The position numbers and the translations under genes were made by a program. Under the pieces are notes generated by a model. That model saw nothing but the letters and a program-made list of their open reading frames with translations. It was not told where the DNA came from and did no database searches. A DNA stretch of 34,665 bases, counting the filler, from Ferroacidibacillus organovorans (GTDB lineage: Bacteria; Bacillota; Bacilli; Alicyclobacillales; SLC66), in NCBI RefSeq assembly GCF_001642725.1. It is 5 parts of 5 records of this genome, joined end to end, with 100 filler letters (N's around TTAATTAATTAA, not from the genome) between each part and the next. Parts side by side here need not be neighbours in the genome. Positions count along the whole stretch, not along the records: positions 14,635 to 21,703 come from NZ_LSUQ01000092.1; positions 21,804 to 28,322 come from NZ_LSUQ01000095.1; 3 more parts are not named here. One strand, written 5' to 3'. Below are positions 19,428-28,422 of this stretch, piece after piece; position 1 is the stretch's first letter, and the number at the start of each line of letters is the position of its first letter.

Positions 19428-20540
19428 TTATTTACTCTTCAGCCGCTGCAATTGCTCTGGCTGTTGATTGCATGCAACGAGAATACTTTGGGTTAACTTG
19501 GTAGACGATATATTAGCCCATGGAGCGATGAAAGCGTACGGAGTTATAATGCGTTCGGGTGACGTGATATCCATTTGCGATAATGTAACGACGGACACAC
19601 ATTGTTGTTTATCCGTTTCAAGCGCATCGTGGACATCTGTCTTCACCCCAAGAGCATTCGATATGAACGCACCAGTGTTGAAAGAGCCATCTACCATAAT
19701 TATTTTCTGACCATCATAGTCTCGCACCTGCTTTATTTTTCGCTGAAGCGCATTACGAAGTGTGTTCGACATAGACATAAATCCGGATTGCCCTGCGTGG
19801 CCGATGGTCACGCAGGTGTTGCCGGGTACGGGGGTAATTCTGGCCGCAGGTAAACCTGGTGTGAGGCGGTCATGGGGGAAGCCATCGATACTTGACCATT
19901 TAATTTTTTCCTGTGGTCGATGGGTTTCAATGAAGTACCGGAACATTACAACAAATCTATCTATTTCTTCTTTATTCGTCAAATCTGGCATGACATTGCA
20001 CGTTACGTGATATGAGCCCTTGATTTCCGAAAATCGATGATTAAAGTAATCCATTCCAAAAGAAGCTTCGTTGATCCCAGATTCATCATCAGCATTCCGA
20101 AGAGACGTACATTCGACAAAAACCGTCTCAACACCATCCGACAATTTGATGTCAAGGACATTTTTTGATCCTGGGTCGGTTGGTTCAATTGAATCCACGG
20201 GCAGCGCTGAACGCAAAAGAAGAAATATTACCATGGACTCGAATCTTTTGGACCAGAACGCCCCAGGCACGCCGATGCTGCCAATCCAATCCCTGTACGA
20301 AGAGGGGAAGGAGTCCGATATCAGTTGCAGCTCCTCCCCCAAAAGGGTTAATGCAGTCGTATATGATGGAAAACGGCTATACGTTATCCAGCGTCGAATC
20401 GGCGATGCGTCATACCACCATTTAGGTGGAAGTAGTGAACGTAACAAGGGCCAATGAGTTTCGAGTAGGCTATTACATTCGATTTCATTCAAATAGGTGT
20501 CCGTAAACTGCTTGACCAACGCTCGGCGTGTATTCACCAT
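19428..20540 (-). CDS. hypothetical protein, PD-(D/E)xK-like nuclease fold
   Basis: FESMV...EP....NVLDIKL...VFVECTS pattern; later K.KQ...KIIMVD; GGAAGGTGG RBS. Confidence 0.6.
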   Translation of the reverse strand: MVNTRRALVKQFTDTYLNEIECNSLLETHWPLLRSLLPPKWWYDASPIRRWITYSRFPSYTTALTLLGEELQLISDSFPSSYRDWIGSIGVPGAFWSKRFESMVIFLLLRSALPVDSIEPTDPGSKNVLDIKLSDGVETVFVECTSLRNADDESGINEASFGMDYFNHRFSEIKGSYHVTCNVMPDLTNKEEIDRFVVMFRYFIETHRPQEKIKWSSIDGFPHDRLTPGLPAARITPVPGNTCVTIGHAGQSGFMSMSNTLRNALQRKIKQVRDYDGQKIIMVDGSFNTGAFISNALGVKTDVHDALETDKQQCVSVVTLSQMDITSPERIITPYAFIAPWANISSTKLTQSILVACNQQPEQLQRLKSK

Positions 20541-20601
20541 ACAACCACCTTCCTGATACAATTGTCATACTCTTAATTTTTTATATCCCACCAATTCCCG
20601 T

Positions 20602-20830
20602 CATATTGTACCATGCATTTCCGGTGGTCTTTCATTTCTTCCTCGCAAAAAAATATGGACCAGAATCTTAACCCATATCACATCTTGCTATGAAGGTGCA
20701 AGTCCTTGTTGGAGTTGAGGATCCTCGGTCCGAAATCCTCATGTACATTCTGTATGTGTAACGGAGGATTGGAGACGTGAAACCCTATTCGTATCGTAGT
20801 TTCTCAGACCTTGAGCATTCAATCAAGCGT
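20602..20830. repeat. copy 2 of diverged module (core 20649-20739)
   Basis: CATATTGTACCA extended -10, shared CCCATATCACATCTTGCTAT and TCCTCGGTCCGAAATCCT, GGAGG, GTG...TCAATCAAGCGT. Confidence 0.85.
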
Positions 20831-20872
20831 AAAGTGAAACAACCTCTTCAACAGCACAATCCACACTTATAA
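20777..20872 (+). pseudogene. 31-codon ORF stub MKPYSYRSFSDLEHSIKRKVKQPLQQHNPHL
   Basis: GGAGG/GGAG RBS before GTG; shares MKP...DLE.SIKR.V with the 17207 ORF. Confidence 0.4.
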
Positions 20873-20943
20873 AGAGCGTGGTGCGTGACATTTGGCTTCA
20901 GCATTTTACTTCAACCATGGCTTTGGAAAACAGATATCCTTCT

Positions 20944-21207
20944 TTATATATCGTCCCCACTTGACGAGAAGTAGTTGATGCGGTCTATGACATCCGCCAG
21001 ATCCATTTCGTCGACATTCAGCGGCTCGCAGACATTGCTTATAACCCCAGACTTATGAAGCTCTTCTGAGACCAATTGAACCCAGGTCTCCAATATGCGT
21101 GCTTTTGACCGTGGGGGAATGTTTTGAAAGTATCCATCCAAGCCATACCGGGACATAATATCACGATAGATGGATCGAACAATTGCAACAGAAAGCTTTT
21201 GGTCCAT
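20944..21207 (-). CDS. small hypothetical protein (87 aa)
   Basis: ATG preceded by AAAGGAATGGTGG; co-oriented with the island genes. Confidence 0.55.
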   Translation of the reverse strand: MDQKLSVAIVRSIYRDIMSRYGLDGYFQNIPPRSKARILETWVQLVSEELHKSGVISNVCEPLNVDEMDLADVIDRINYFSSSGDDI

Positions 21208-21276
21208 TGATAGCCACCATTCCTTTCATGTGCGACGATTTGTATGCGGGGGAAATATTCAGGACATTATCGAGTA

Positions 21277-21633
21277 TCACTGTGCCGAATTGGAAGCAAA
21301 CAAATAGGTCTTGTCATGCGCCAGTAGCGAAATATTCGCCGATTCGTATCTGGCGAAAATATTAATTCCATCCCACCCAGATGGCATATTTCTCGCTGTC
21401 GGAAGCAGTCGATTTTCTGAACTTGTGATGGTTGCGGTCCACAGATACTTATCTAGCACTTCAAAGATCGACTCTATAGAAACATTCCCCGCCATAGCCA
21501 TATGTTCGCAAGTGTTGTTTATAAACTTTGTCTTCGGCACAATGTGTTCATATACCAATCCATCCGTGGAATTCATGTTTAGGATTTTTAATGCTTTTTC
21601 AGATATATAATCTGTGCCATATCGCCTATCCCT
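21277..21633 (-). pseudogene. His-Me finger (HNH-like) protein, 5'-truncated by IS end
   Basis: YISEKA...LVYEHIVP...ATITSSENRLL...MPSGW...FARY; frame stays open for 19 codons above ATG 21576, right up to the IS boundary at 21633/21634. Confidence 0.65.
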
Positions 21634-21703
21634 GGATCAAGTCCGAGATGTGGTGTAAATTCGCCCCTCGGTAGAGATTGAGTTATGTCAACTTATCTTG
21701 GTG
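21634..21703 (-). mobile_element. IS256-family element end (right copy, inverted)
   Basis: 70/70 reverse-complement match to 14635-14704; at the contig end. Confidence 0.75.
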
Positions 21704-21803
21704 NNNNNNNNNNNNNNNNNNNNNNNNNNNNNNNNNNNNNNNNNNNNTTAATTAATTAANNNNNNNNNNNNNNNNNNNNNNNNNNNNNNNNNNNNNNNNN
21801 NNN
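21704..21803. other. artificial contig spacer
   Basis: N44-TTAATTAATTAA-N44. Confidence 0.99.
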
Positions 21804-22856
21804 GTGCTATACCGCGCAAACGCACAGTCGCGCGCCGTAGAGGATGTGCTCCTGCAAGCGGCGATACCTTATCACGTTGTGGGTGGCATGACGTTTTATG
21901 ATCGACGCGAAATCAAGGATGTGATGGCGTATCTCAGGGCGATTGCCAATCCGCAAGACGAGATTTCTCTCTTGCGGATCATCAATGTCCCCAAGCGTTC
22001 GATTGGCGAGGGGAGCATCCGCAAGCTGCTCGATTATGCGCATGATGAGGATTTGACGTTGATGGATGCGATCAAGCGGGCTAAGCTTGTCGATCAGCTT
22101 AAGTCGGCGGAGCAAGTTGCGCGTTTTGCTGAGATGATCGAGCACCTTCAAGAGCGCATGATTGGGGCGACCGTCACGGAATTTCTGCACGATGTACTGC
22201 GAACGAGCGGCTATCGCGAAATGTACGCGCAGAGTTCGAAGGAGGAAGATCGCACGCGTCTTGAAAACATTGATGAGTTAGATCGCATCACGCGATCGTT
22301 TGACCGCAGGCGACGCGGAACCGTACTTGATTTTCTCGCGGAGACGAGCTTGATGACCGATGTCGATCGCAATGAAAATGACGAGCGCGATGCTGTGCGC
22401 CTGATGACGGTTCACGCGTCAAAGGGGCTGGAATTTCCGGTAGTCTTTGTGCTCGGGGTTGAAGAGACTGTCTTTCCGCACAGCCGTTCGCTCGACACGA
22501 TTGATGGGGTTGAGGAAGAGCGCAATCTTTTTTATGTCGCGGTAACGCGGGCTAAAGATAAACTGCATCTCTCTTACTGTCTTGAGCGCAGCACGTTCGG
22601 TCAGGTACACATGAATGATCCTTCGCGTTTTTTGCAGGAGATACCGGAAGAATACACGGAGCGCACAGGGGCCGATCCTGTACAAGAGGCACGCTTTGAG
22701 ATCGGGATGACCGTGCGCCACCCGCAGTACGGAGTGGGCGTCGTCACGGATCTTTCGGGCGTTGGTGAAGAGCAGATGCTCACGATCACGTTTCGCTCAA
22801 AATATGGAACAAAAGAGATTGTGCCGCGTATCACCCGTCTGCGCGTTTTAGGGTAG
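21804..22856 (+). CDS. pcrA: UvrD/PcrA DNA helicase (5' partial)
   Basis: LYRANAQSR, FYDRREIKD, INVPKRSIG, MTVHASKGLEFP, EEERNLFYVAVTRAK, tudor-like CTD V.HP.YG.G. Confidence 0.9.
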   Translation: MLYRANAQSRAVEDVLLQAAIPYHVVGGMTFYDRREIKDVMAYLRAIANPQDEISLLRIINVPKRSIGEGSIRKLLDYAHDEDLTLMDAIKRAKLVDQLKSAEQVARFAEMIEHLQERMIGATVTEFLHDVLRTSGYREMYAQSSKEEDRTRLENIDELDRITRSFDRRRRGTVLDFLAETSLMTDVDRNENDERDAVRLMTVHASKGLEFPVVFVLGVEETVFPHSRSLDTIDGVEEERNLFYVAVTRAKDKLHLSYCLERSTFGQVHMNDPSRFLQEIPEEYTERTGADPVQEARFEIGMTVRHPQYGVGVVTDLSGVGEEQMLTITFRSKYGTKEIVPRITRLRVLG

Positions 22857-22892
22857 GTTGCGTTTGGCGCAGCAGGTTCTATCGTAAAGGAC

Positions 22893-22921
22893 TTGCATTC
22901 TGCAAAGAATCCCTATATAAT
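22893..22921 (+). promoter_or_regulatory. sigma-A promoter of tRNA pair
   Basis: TTGCAT-17 bp-TATAAT. Confidence 0.8.
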
Positions 22922-22941
22922 TCAAGAGCGTTATGAAGCGT

Positions 22942-23016
22942 TCCTCGATAGCTCAGCGGTAGAGCATCCGGCTGTTAACCGGAGGGTCGTAGGTTCAAAT
23001 CCTACTCGAGGAGCCA
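22942..23016 (+). tRNA. tRNA-Asn(GTT)
   Basis: Acceptor TCCTCGA/TCGAGGA; anticodon arm TCCGG-CTGTTAA-CCGGA; GGTTCAAATCC T-arm; encoded CCA. Confidence 0.97.
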
Positions 23017-23023
23017 ATGTTTT

Positions 23024-23117
23024 GGAGTGATGGCCGAGTTGGTCGAAGGCGCTCGCCTGCTAAGCGAGTATACGCTGTAAAGGCGTATCGAGGGTTCGAA
23101 TCCCTCTCACTCCGCCA
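23024..23117 (+). tRNA. tRNA-Ser(GCT)
   Basis: Acceptor GGAGTGA/TCACTCC; CTCGC-CTGCTAA-GCGAG; long variable arm; GGTTCGAATCC; CCA. Confidence 0.97.
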
Positions 23118-23119
23118 CC

Positions 23120-23155
23120 AAAGCGAATGCCGACTAGGCATTCGCTTTTCTTGTG
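23120..23155 (+). terminator. intrinsic terminator after tRNAs
   Basis: AAAGCGAATGCC-GACTA-GGCATTCGCTTT perfect stem plus T-rich tail. Confidence 0.85.
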
Positions 23156-23199
23156 TTTTGATAAAAAACAGCGTATACTTCCAAAAAATCAGTGCTATT

Positions 23200-23396
23200 G
23201 CCACAGTGAGGGATCTCAGTAGCGACAAGGCGCGTTCAGAGAATTGGCGGATGTGCGAGCCAATCGCAAGCGGTCGTGAAACTCAATCCGGAGTGGTCAA
23301 GGTCGCCCCTTTATCGGCGTTGAGTGAGGGCTTTCGTCCTAAGCAGGGTGGTACCGCGGAGTGACTTCCGTCCCTGTGTGGGTGGGTCTTTTTTTA
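23200..23396 (+). promoter_or_regulatory. T-box riboswitch (Leu specifier)
   Basis: AGTA and AGAGA stem I motifs; GAAA-CTC specifier (23282-23284); AGGGTGGTACCGCG (23345-23358); terminator with T run; candidate promoter TTGTGT-17-TATACT at 23151-23179. Confidence 0.92.
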
Positions 23397-23463
23397 TTTG
23401 AATATCCTCTTTATACGAATCGGTTTAGATGTGCGCATGAATGCGCAACAGGAGGCAGCGGCT

Positions 23464-25890
23464 ATGGGATATGAACCGAACATCATTGAACCAAAATGGC
23501 GAAAAGTGTGGAACGAGGCTCACTTAAATGAAGCGCGCGATGACAGCGCGCGTCCGAAGTATTACTGTCTTGATATGTTTCCCTACCCGTCTGGGTCTGG
23601 TCTGCACGTCGGGCACTGGCGCGGCTATGTACTTTCGGATGTGTTTAGTCGCTATAAGCGATTGCGTGGCTACGAAGTGCTACATCCGATGGGGTGGGAC
23701 GCGTTTGGGCTTCCTGCCGAGAATGATGCGATCAAAAAAGGCATCCATCCGTCGGTCGGAACTGCTCGCAATATCGCAAACTTTAAATTGCAGCTTGAAC
23801 AGATGGGCGCGATGTTTGACTGGACGCGTGAAATCAACACCAGTTCTCCTGAATACTATAAATTCACACAGTGGATCTTTTTGCAGTTGTTTGACATGGG
23901 ATTGGCATATCGCAAAGAGATGCCGATCAATTGGTGCCCGAGCTGTAAAACGGGACTCGCGAATGAAGAAGTGGTAGACGGCGCGTGTGAGCGTTGTGGC
24001 GCGGAAGTGACAAAAAAGAATCTGAATCAATGGATGCTTCGCATCACAGCGTATGCCGAGCGATTGCTCACCGATCTTGAAACCCTTGAGTGGCCCGACA
24101 AGGTTAAAAAAATGCAGGCGAATTGGATCGGAAAAAGCGAAGGCGCACGCATCCGCTTTGCAGTAAAAGGAGACACCGATCAACAGATTGAGGTGTTCAC
24201 GACACGGCCCGACACGTTGTACGGCGCAACGTACATGGTGCTGGCGCCAGAGCATCCACTCGTTGAGGTGATCACGACAGTTGAGCAACACGCTTTCGTG
24301 CAAAAGTACGTGCGCGAAGCGCTCGCAAAAAGTGCGCTGACGCGGCAGATGCAGGATAAATCAAAAACGGGCCAGTTTACAGGTGCGTATGCGATCAATC
24401 CGATCAACGATGAGGCGTTGCCGATTTACATCGCGGACTATGTGCTTATGGACTATGGGACGGGCGCCATCATGGCCGTTCCAGGGCACGATGAGCGCGA
24501 CTTTGCGTTTGCAGTTGCGTATCAATTGCCGATTCGCCGCGTGATTGCAGAAAAGGGCGTTGCCGCGAACGTTCCGCTCAAGGAGGCGTATACGGGGGAA
24601 GGGTTGCTCGTACACTCTGCTGCGTTTGACGGACTTAGTATCACAGAAGGAAAGCGGGCGATTCTCGCTCATCTGGAGGCGAGCGGTCGCGCAGAAGCTG
24701 TTGTCTCCTACAAGTTGCGGGATTGGGTGTTTGCGCGGCAGCGCTATTGGGGGGAACCGATTCCGCTGATTCACTGCGCGTCGTGCGGAACCGTGCCGGT
24801 TCCTGAGTCAGATCTTCCGGTGCTTCTCCCGGATGTTGAGCGCTATGAGCCGACGGGGACAGGCGAGTCGCCGCTCGCGGCGATGGAGTCGTTTGTACAG
24901 ACCACGTGTCCGAAGTGTCAAGGTCCTGCGCGGCGCGAGACAGATACGATGCCACAGTGGGCAGGCTCATGTTGGTACTTTTTGCGGTTTGCTGATCCGC
25001 ACAATCAAGAGCAGCTATTTTCCAAAGAAAAGGTGGATCACTGGCTGCCGGTTGATATGTATATTGGTGGGGTAGAGCACGCTGTGCTCCATCTCCTCTA
25101 TGCGAGATTTTTTACAAAAGTGCTCTACGATCGCAAGGTAATCTCCTTTAATGAGCCATTTTTACGGCTGTTTAATCAAGGGATGTTGACGCTCAATGGC
25201 GCGAAAATGTCAAAATCAAAAGGCAATGTCGTTTCGCCTGATGAATTGGTTGAACGCTATGGCACTGATACGGTGCGACTCTACGAACTCTTCGTGGGTC
25301 CCCCGGAAGTGGACGCAGAGTGGAACCCGCGCGCGATTGACGGTATGGCGCGCTTTCTCTCTCGCGTCTATCGACTGATGGAAGAGCGCACCGTGCACGC
25401 CGTAGGTCGTCAACACGCGGAGCGCGCCGTATTGAAGGCGCGTCATCGCTTGATCAAACAAGTGACGGAGCGGATCGAATCATTCCGGTTTAATACAGTG
25501 GTTAGCGCGTTTATGGAGTTTGTTAGCGTCATGAACGATCAAAGCGGGGCGCTTGACCGGGAGACGCTTGAGGCGTTTGTCATCTGTATGAGTCCACTCG
25601 CGCCGCATTTGGCCGAGGAGTGCTGGCGAATGCTCGGCCACAAGACGTCTGTTTTCCTTGCGGAATGGCCTGTGTTTGATCCTTCTTATCTGCAAGAAGA
25701 TGAGGTTGAGATCGTGATCCAGGTGAACGGAAAGATCAAGGACAGAGTGACGGTGGCGATGGATGCACCGCTTGACGCTTTGCTTGAACAGGTCAAAGCG
25801 CGCGAGCTGGTTGATCGCGCATTGGCTGGAAAAGCGATCGTCAAGCCGATCTATGTTCCAGGAAAGCTGTTGAATCTCGTCGTGCGTTAA
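23464..25890 (+). CDS. leuS: leucine--tRNA ligase
   Basis: MFPYPSG.GLHVGH, FTTRPDT, GTGAIMAVPGHD, RQRYWGEPIP, KMSKS; GGAGG RBS; Leu T-box upstream. Confidence 0.98.
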   Translation: MGYEPNIIEPKWRKVWNEAHLNEARDDSARPKYYCLDMFPYPSGSGLHVGHWRGYVLSDVFSRYKRLRGYEVLHPMGWDAFGLPAENDAIKKGIHPSVGTARNIANFKLQLEQMGAMFDWTREINTSSPEYYKFTQWIFLQLFDMGLAYRKEMPINWCPSCKTGLANEEVVDGACERCGAEVTKKNLNQWMLRITAYAERLLTDLETLEWPDKVKKMQANWIGKSEGARIRFAVKGDTDQQIEVFTTRPDTLYGATYMVLAPEHPLVEVITTVEQHAFVQKYVREALAKSALTRQMQDKSKTGQFTGAYAINPINDEALPIYIADYVLMDYGTGAIMAVPGHDERDFAFAVAYQLPIRRVIAEKGVAANVPLKEAYTGEGLLVHSAAFDGLSITEGKRAILAHLEASGRAEAVVSYKLRDWVFARQRYWGEPIPLIHCASCGTVPVPESDLPVLLPDVERYEPTGTGESPLAAMESFVQTTCPKCQGPARRETDTMPQWAGSCWYFLRFADPHNQEQLFSKEKVDHWLPVDMYIGGVEHAVLHLLYARFFTKVLYDRKVISFNEPFLRLFNQGMLTLNGAKMSKSKGNVVSPDELVERYGTDTVRLYELFVGPPEVDAEWNPRAIDGMARFLSRVYRLMEERTVHAVGRQHAERAVLKARHRLIKQVTERIESFRFNTVVSAFMEFVSVMNDQSGALDRETLEAFVICMSPLAPHLAEECWRMLGHKTSVFLAEWPVFDPSYLQEDEVEIVIQVNGKIKDRVTVAMDAPLDALLEQVKARELVDRALAGKAIVKPIYVPGKLLNLVVR

Positions 25891-25940
25891 ATGGTGGGGT
25901 GTCTAAGCTTACGTTTCAAGAATCGGGAGGGGATGCCGGG

Positions 25941-26807
25941 ATGCGCTTTACGAAAATGCACGGACTTGGTAACAACTACATTTATGTCGATCTCTGGCAG
26001 GAAGAGATTCCAGAAGATGCGCTCTCGCCCCTCGCAATCGCCGTGGCCGATGTGAATCGTGGTATCGGCTCGGATGGACTGATCACCATCGGTCCATCGA
26101 CAGTCGCTGATGCACAGATGAGAATTTTTAATGCGGACGGCTCAGAGTCGCAAAACTGTGGAAACGGAATCCGCTGTGTCGGGAAGTATCTCTACGACCA
26201 CGCTTTGACGAAAGCGACGGCGATTACGGTGGAGACGAAAGCGGGCATCATGAAACTTGATCTGCACATCGGTTCAAGCGACCTCGTCTCTGCGGTAACC
26301 GTTGATATGGGTCCGGCACGCTTGCGACGCGCCGATCTGCCAGTTCTCTCTGGTGCGCCTGATGAAACGGCGCTGCGCGATGAACTCACGGTGAATGGAG
26401 AAACGCTTCAGTTTACAGGTGTCTCGATGGGCAATCCGCACGCAATCTTTTTTGTTGACGATGCCAAAACGCACCCTGTTGAGGTATACGGTCCAAGGGT
26501 GGAGCGGCATGAGCTCTTTCCGGAGCGTGTGAACGTTGAGTTTGTCACGATGAAAAATCGCCGCGAGATTGACTTTCGCGTGTGGGAGCGCGGATCTGGA
26601 GTCACGCAGGCGTGTGGCACTGGCGCGTGCGCGGCGGTTGTCGCGGCATGCCTGCATCACGTGTGTGACCGCGAAGAGGATATCACGGTTCATCTGCTCG
26701 GAGGCGATCTTTTGATCCGGTATAATCACGATGGGCATGTCTATATGACAGGTCCCGCAGAAGAAATCTGCACTGGAAATTGGCCGCACGAACCGTGGCG
26801 CGCGTGA
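25941..26807 (+). CDS. dapF: diaminopimelate epimerase
   Basis: FTKMHGLGN, NADGSE..CGNG.RC, SMGNPH, WERGSG.TQACGTGA. Confidence 0.96.
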   Translation: MRFTKMHGLGNNYIYVDLWQEEIPEDALSPLAIAVADVNRGIGSDGLITIGPSTVADAQMRIFNADGSESQNCGNGIRCVGKYLYDHALTKATAITVETKAGIMKLDLHIGSSDLVSAVTVDMGPARLRRADLPVLSGAPDETALRDELTVNGETLQFTGVSMGNPHAIFFVDDAKTHPVEVYGPRVERHELFPERVNVEFVTMKNRREIDFRVWERGSGVTQACGTGACAAVVAACLHHVCDREEDITVHLLGGDLLIRYNHDGHVYMTGPAEEICTGNWPHEPWRA

Positions 26808-27757
26808 GTCAAATGCGCCTAGCGGTGATCGCGTTGCTCGTGGTCAGCGCGATCTGGGGCGCGCACGCGGTCATCGGCGCAAATGTCGAGCGTGTGATCG
26901 CTCCTCTGCCGCTCACCGTCGGACGTTTTACCGTCACCGCGCTTTGCTTTCTTCCCTCTACGTATCACGCGCGCAAAAGGTTTCGTCAGATGAGTATGCG
27001 CACGTGGCTCACGCTCGCTGCGGCAGGTCTTTCGGTAGCCGTTTTTTACCCGCTCTTTTATTATCAGTCCCTCTTGACGCTCTCGCCCGTCGAATCGCTG
27101 TTGATCATCAACGCGGCACCGATTCTCGCCGCATTTTTGGCGTTTGTGTTTTATCGGGAGCGCTTAACACGCAAACAACTGCTTGGCATGGGAATCGCTC
27201 TGTGTGGGGTCATCCTTATCGCGACGCAGGCCAGTGGGCGCGGACACGCCAGTTTAGCTGCGCTACTTGACGCCGTGATCGGTATGGCATCCTTCGCGTT
27301 TTACACGGTCATCTCGCGAAAGCTTTTTCAAGCGTTGCCGCGGTTTGATGTGCTCGGCATCACGTCGGTGTTCGGTGCAATCGTGCTGTGGTTTATCGCT
27401 TTTGTTCAGGGCAAAGTAAGCGTTGTCGTGCAGTCATACGCTCACTTCTCCCTCGCTTCCTGGTTAGGATTTTTCTTTATCGCGCTCTTTGTCAGTGTCA
27501 TCGCCTATACGCTTTTTGGGTACGCGTTGCCGCGCGTGCCGACAGGGCTGTCTGCAAGCCTGACCTTTTATCCTCAGGCGCTGTTCGCCGCGCTCCTGCA
27601 GTGGCTCATCATCGGACAACTCCCGTCACAGCGCACGTTTCTCGGCGGTGGAATCCTTTTGATTGGCACGTTTTTGCTGCAAAACGCAAAGCGGAAGGCG
27701 GGCGCCGAAAGCCCGCTCGAAGAAACACTTAGCAAGGATCGTTCGTCCTCAACCTGA
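26804..27757 (+). CDS. DMT/EamA family transporter
   Basis: IWG, GRF, IIN.API.AAFLA...RERL..KQ..G; about 10 TM helices; GTGA overlap with dapF. Confidence 0.85.
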   Translation: MSQMRLAVIALLVVSAIWGAHAVIGANVERVIAPLPLTVGRFTVTALCFLPSTYHARKRFRQMSMRTWLTLAAAGLSVAVFYPLFYYQSLLTLSPVESLLIINAAPILAAFLAFVFYRERLTRKQLLGMGIALCGVILIATQASGRGHASLAALLDAVIGMASFAFYTVISRKLFQALPRFDVLGITSVFGAIVLWFIAFVQGKVSVVVQSYAHFSLASWLGFFFIALFVSVIAYTLFGYALPRVPTGLSASLTFYPQALFAALLQWLIIGQLPSQRTFLGGGILLIGTFLLQNAKRKAGAESPLEETLSKDRSSST

Positions 27758-27862
27758 CAGGGCGCCCTAGGCTCATGCACAGAACCTGAGGCATCTGCGT
27801 AGGATGGCATTCACCGCACACAGTTTGGCGGTGATCCTTATGCAGATAGGCGAGGGAATGGT

Positions 27863-28322
27863 GTGACGCGAATTGTGCTTTCAAGAAATGAGCGAAGTGG
27901 CCGCGCGTGGCCTGATGATGCGTATGAACGTGTAGAGGATGCTCGTGATTTGGTCAGACGACGCTCCGATCCCCGGGCTGTCAGCCAGAAACCACCTGTC
28001 GCGGATGTCGACAAGAATGCGCTCTTAGAACCCTTGCACCGCCTCATTGGATTGAGTGAAGTCAAGGCGATGATTGAAGAGTTGTACGCGTACGCGCTGA
28101 TTCAAAATAAGCGTCGCGTGCATCAGCTGCGATCGGATAGCAGCGTCTGGCATATGGTTTTTACGGGAAAGCCAGGAACGGGCAAAACGACGGTTGCGCG
28201 TATCCTCGGACAAATGTTTGCAGCGCTTGGCGTGCTTTCCAAAGGACACTTGGTGGAAGCGGAGCGCGCTGATCTTGTCGGTGAATACATTGGCCACACC
28301 GCGCAAAAGACGCGCACCCTGC
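27863..28322 (+). CDS. spoVK: stage V sporulation protein K AAA ATPase (partial)
   Basis: [51 protein letters not shown]. Confidence 0.88.
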
Positions 28323-28422
28323 NNNNNNNNNNNNNNNNNNNNNNNNNNNNNNNNNNNNNNNNNNNNTTAATTAATTAANNNNNNNNNNNNNNNNNNNNNN
28401 NNNNNNNNNNNNNNNNNNNNNN
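28323..28422. other. artificial contig spacer
   Basis: N44-TTAATTAATTAA-N44. Confidence 0.99.

Noticed and set aside
14635..21703. Linear plasmid or phage with terminal inverted repeats
   Set aside because: No replication or terminal-protein genes; the IS256-like terminus faces inward and truncates a gene, which fits an assembly break at an IS
22942..23160. tRNA-targeted integrative element
   Set aside because: No integrase and no duplicated tRNA 3' end; the terminator and leuS leader follow directly
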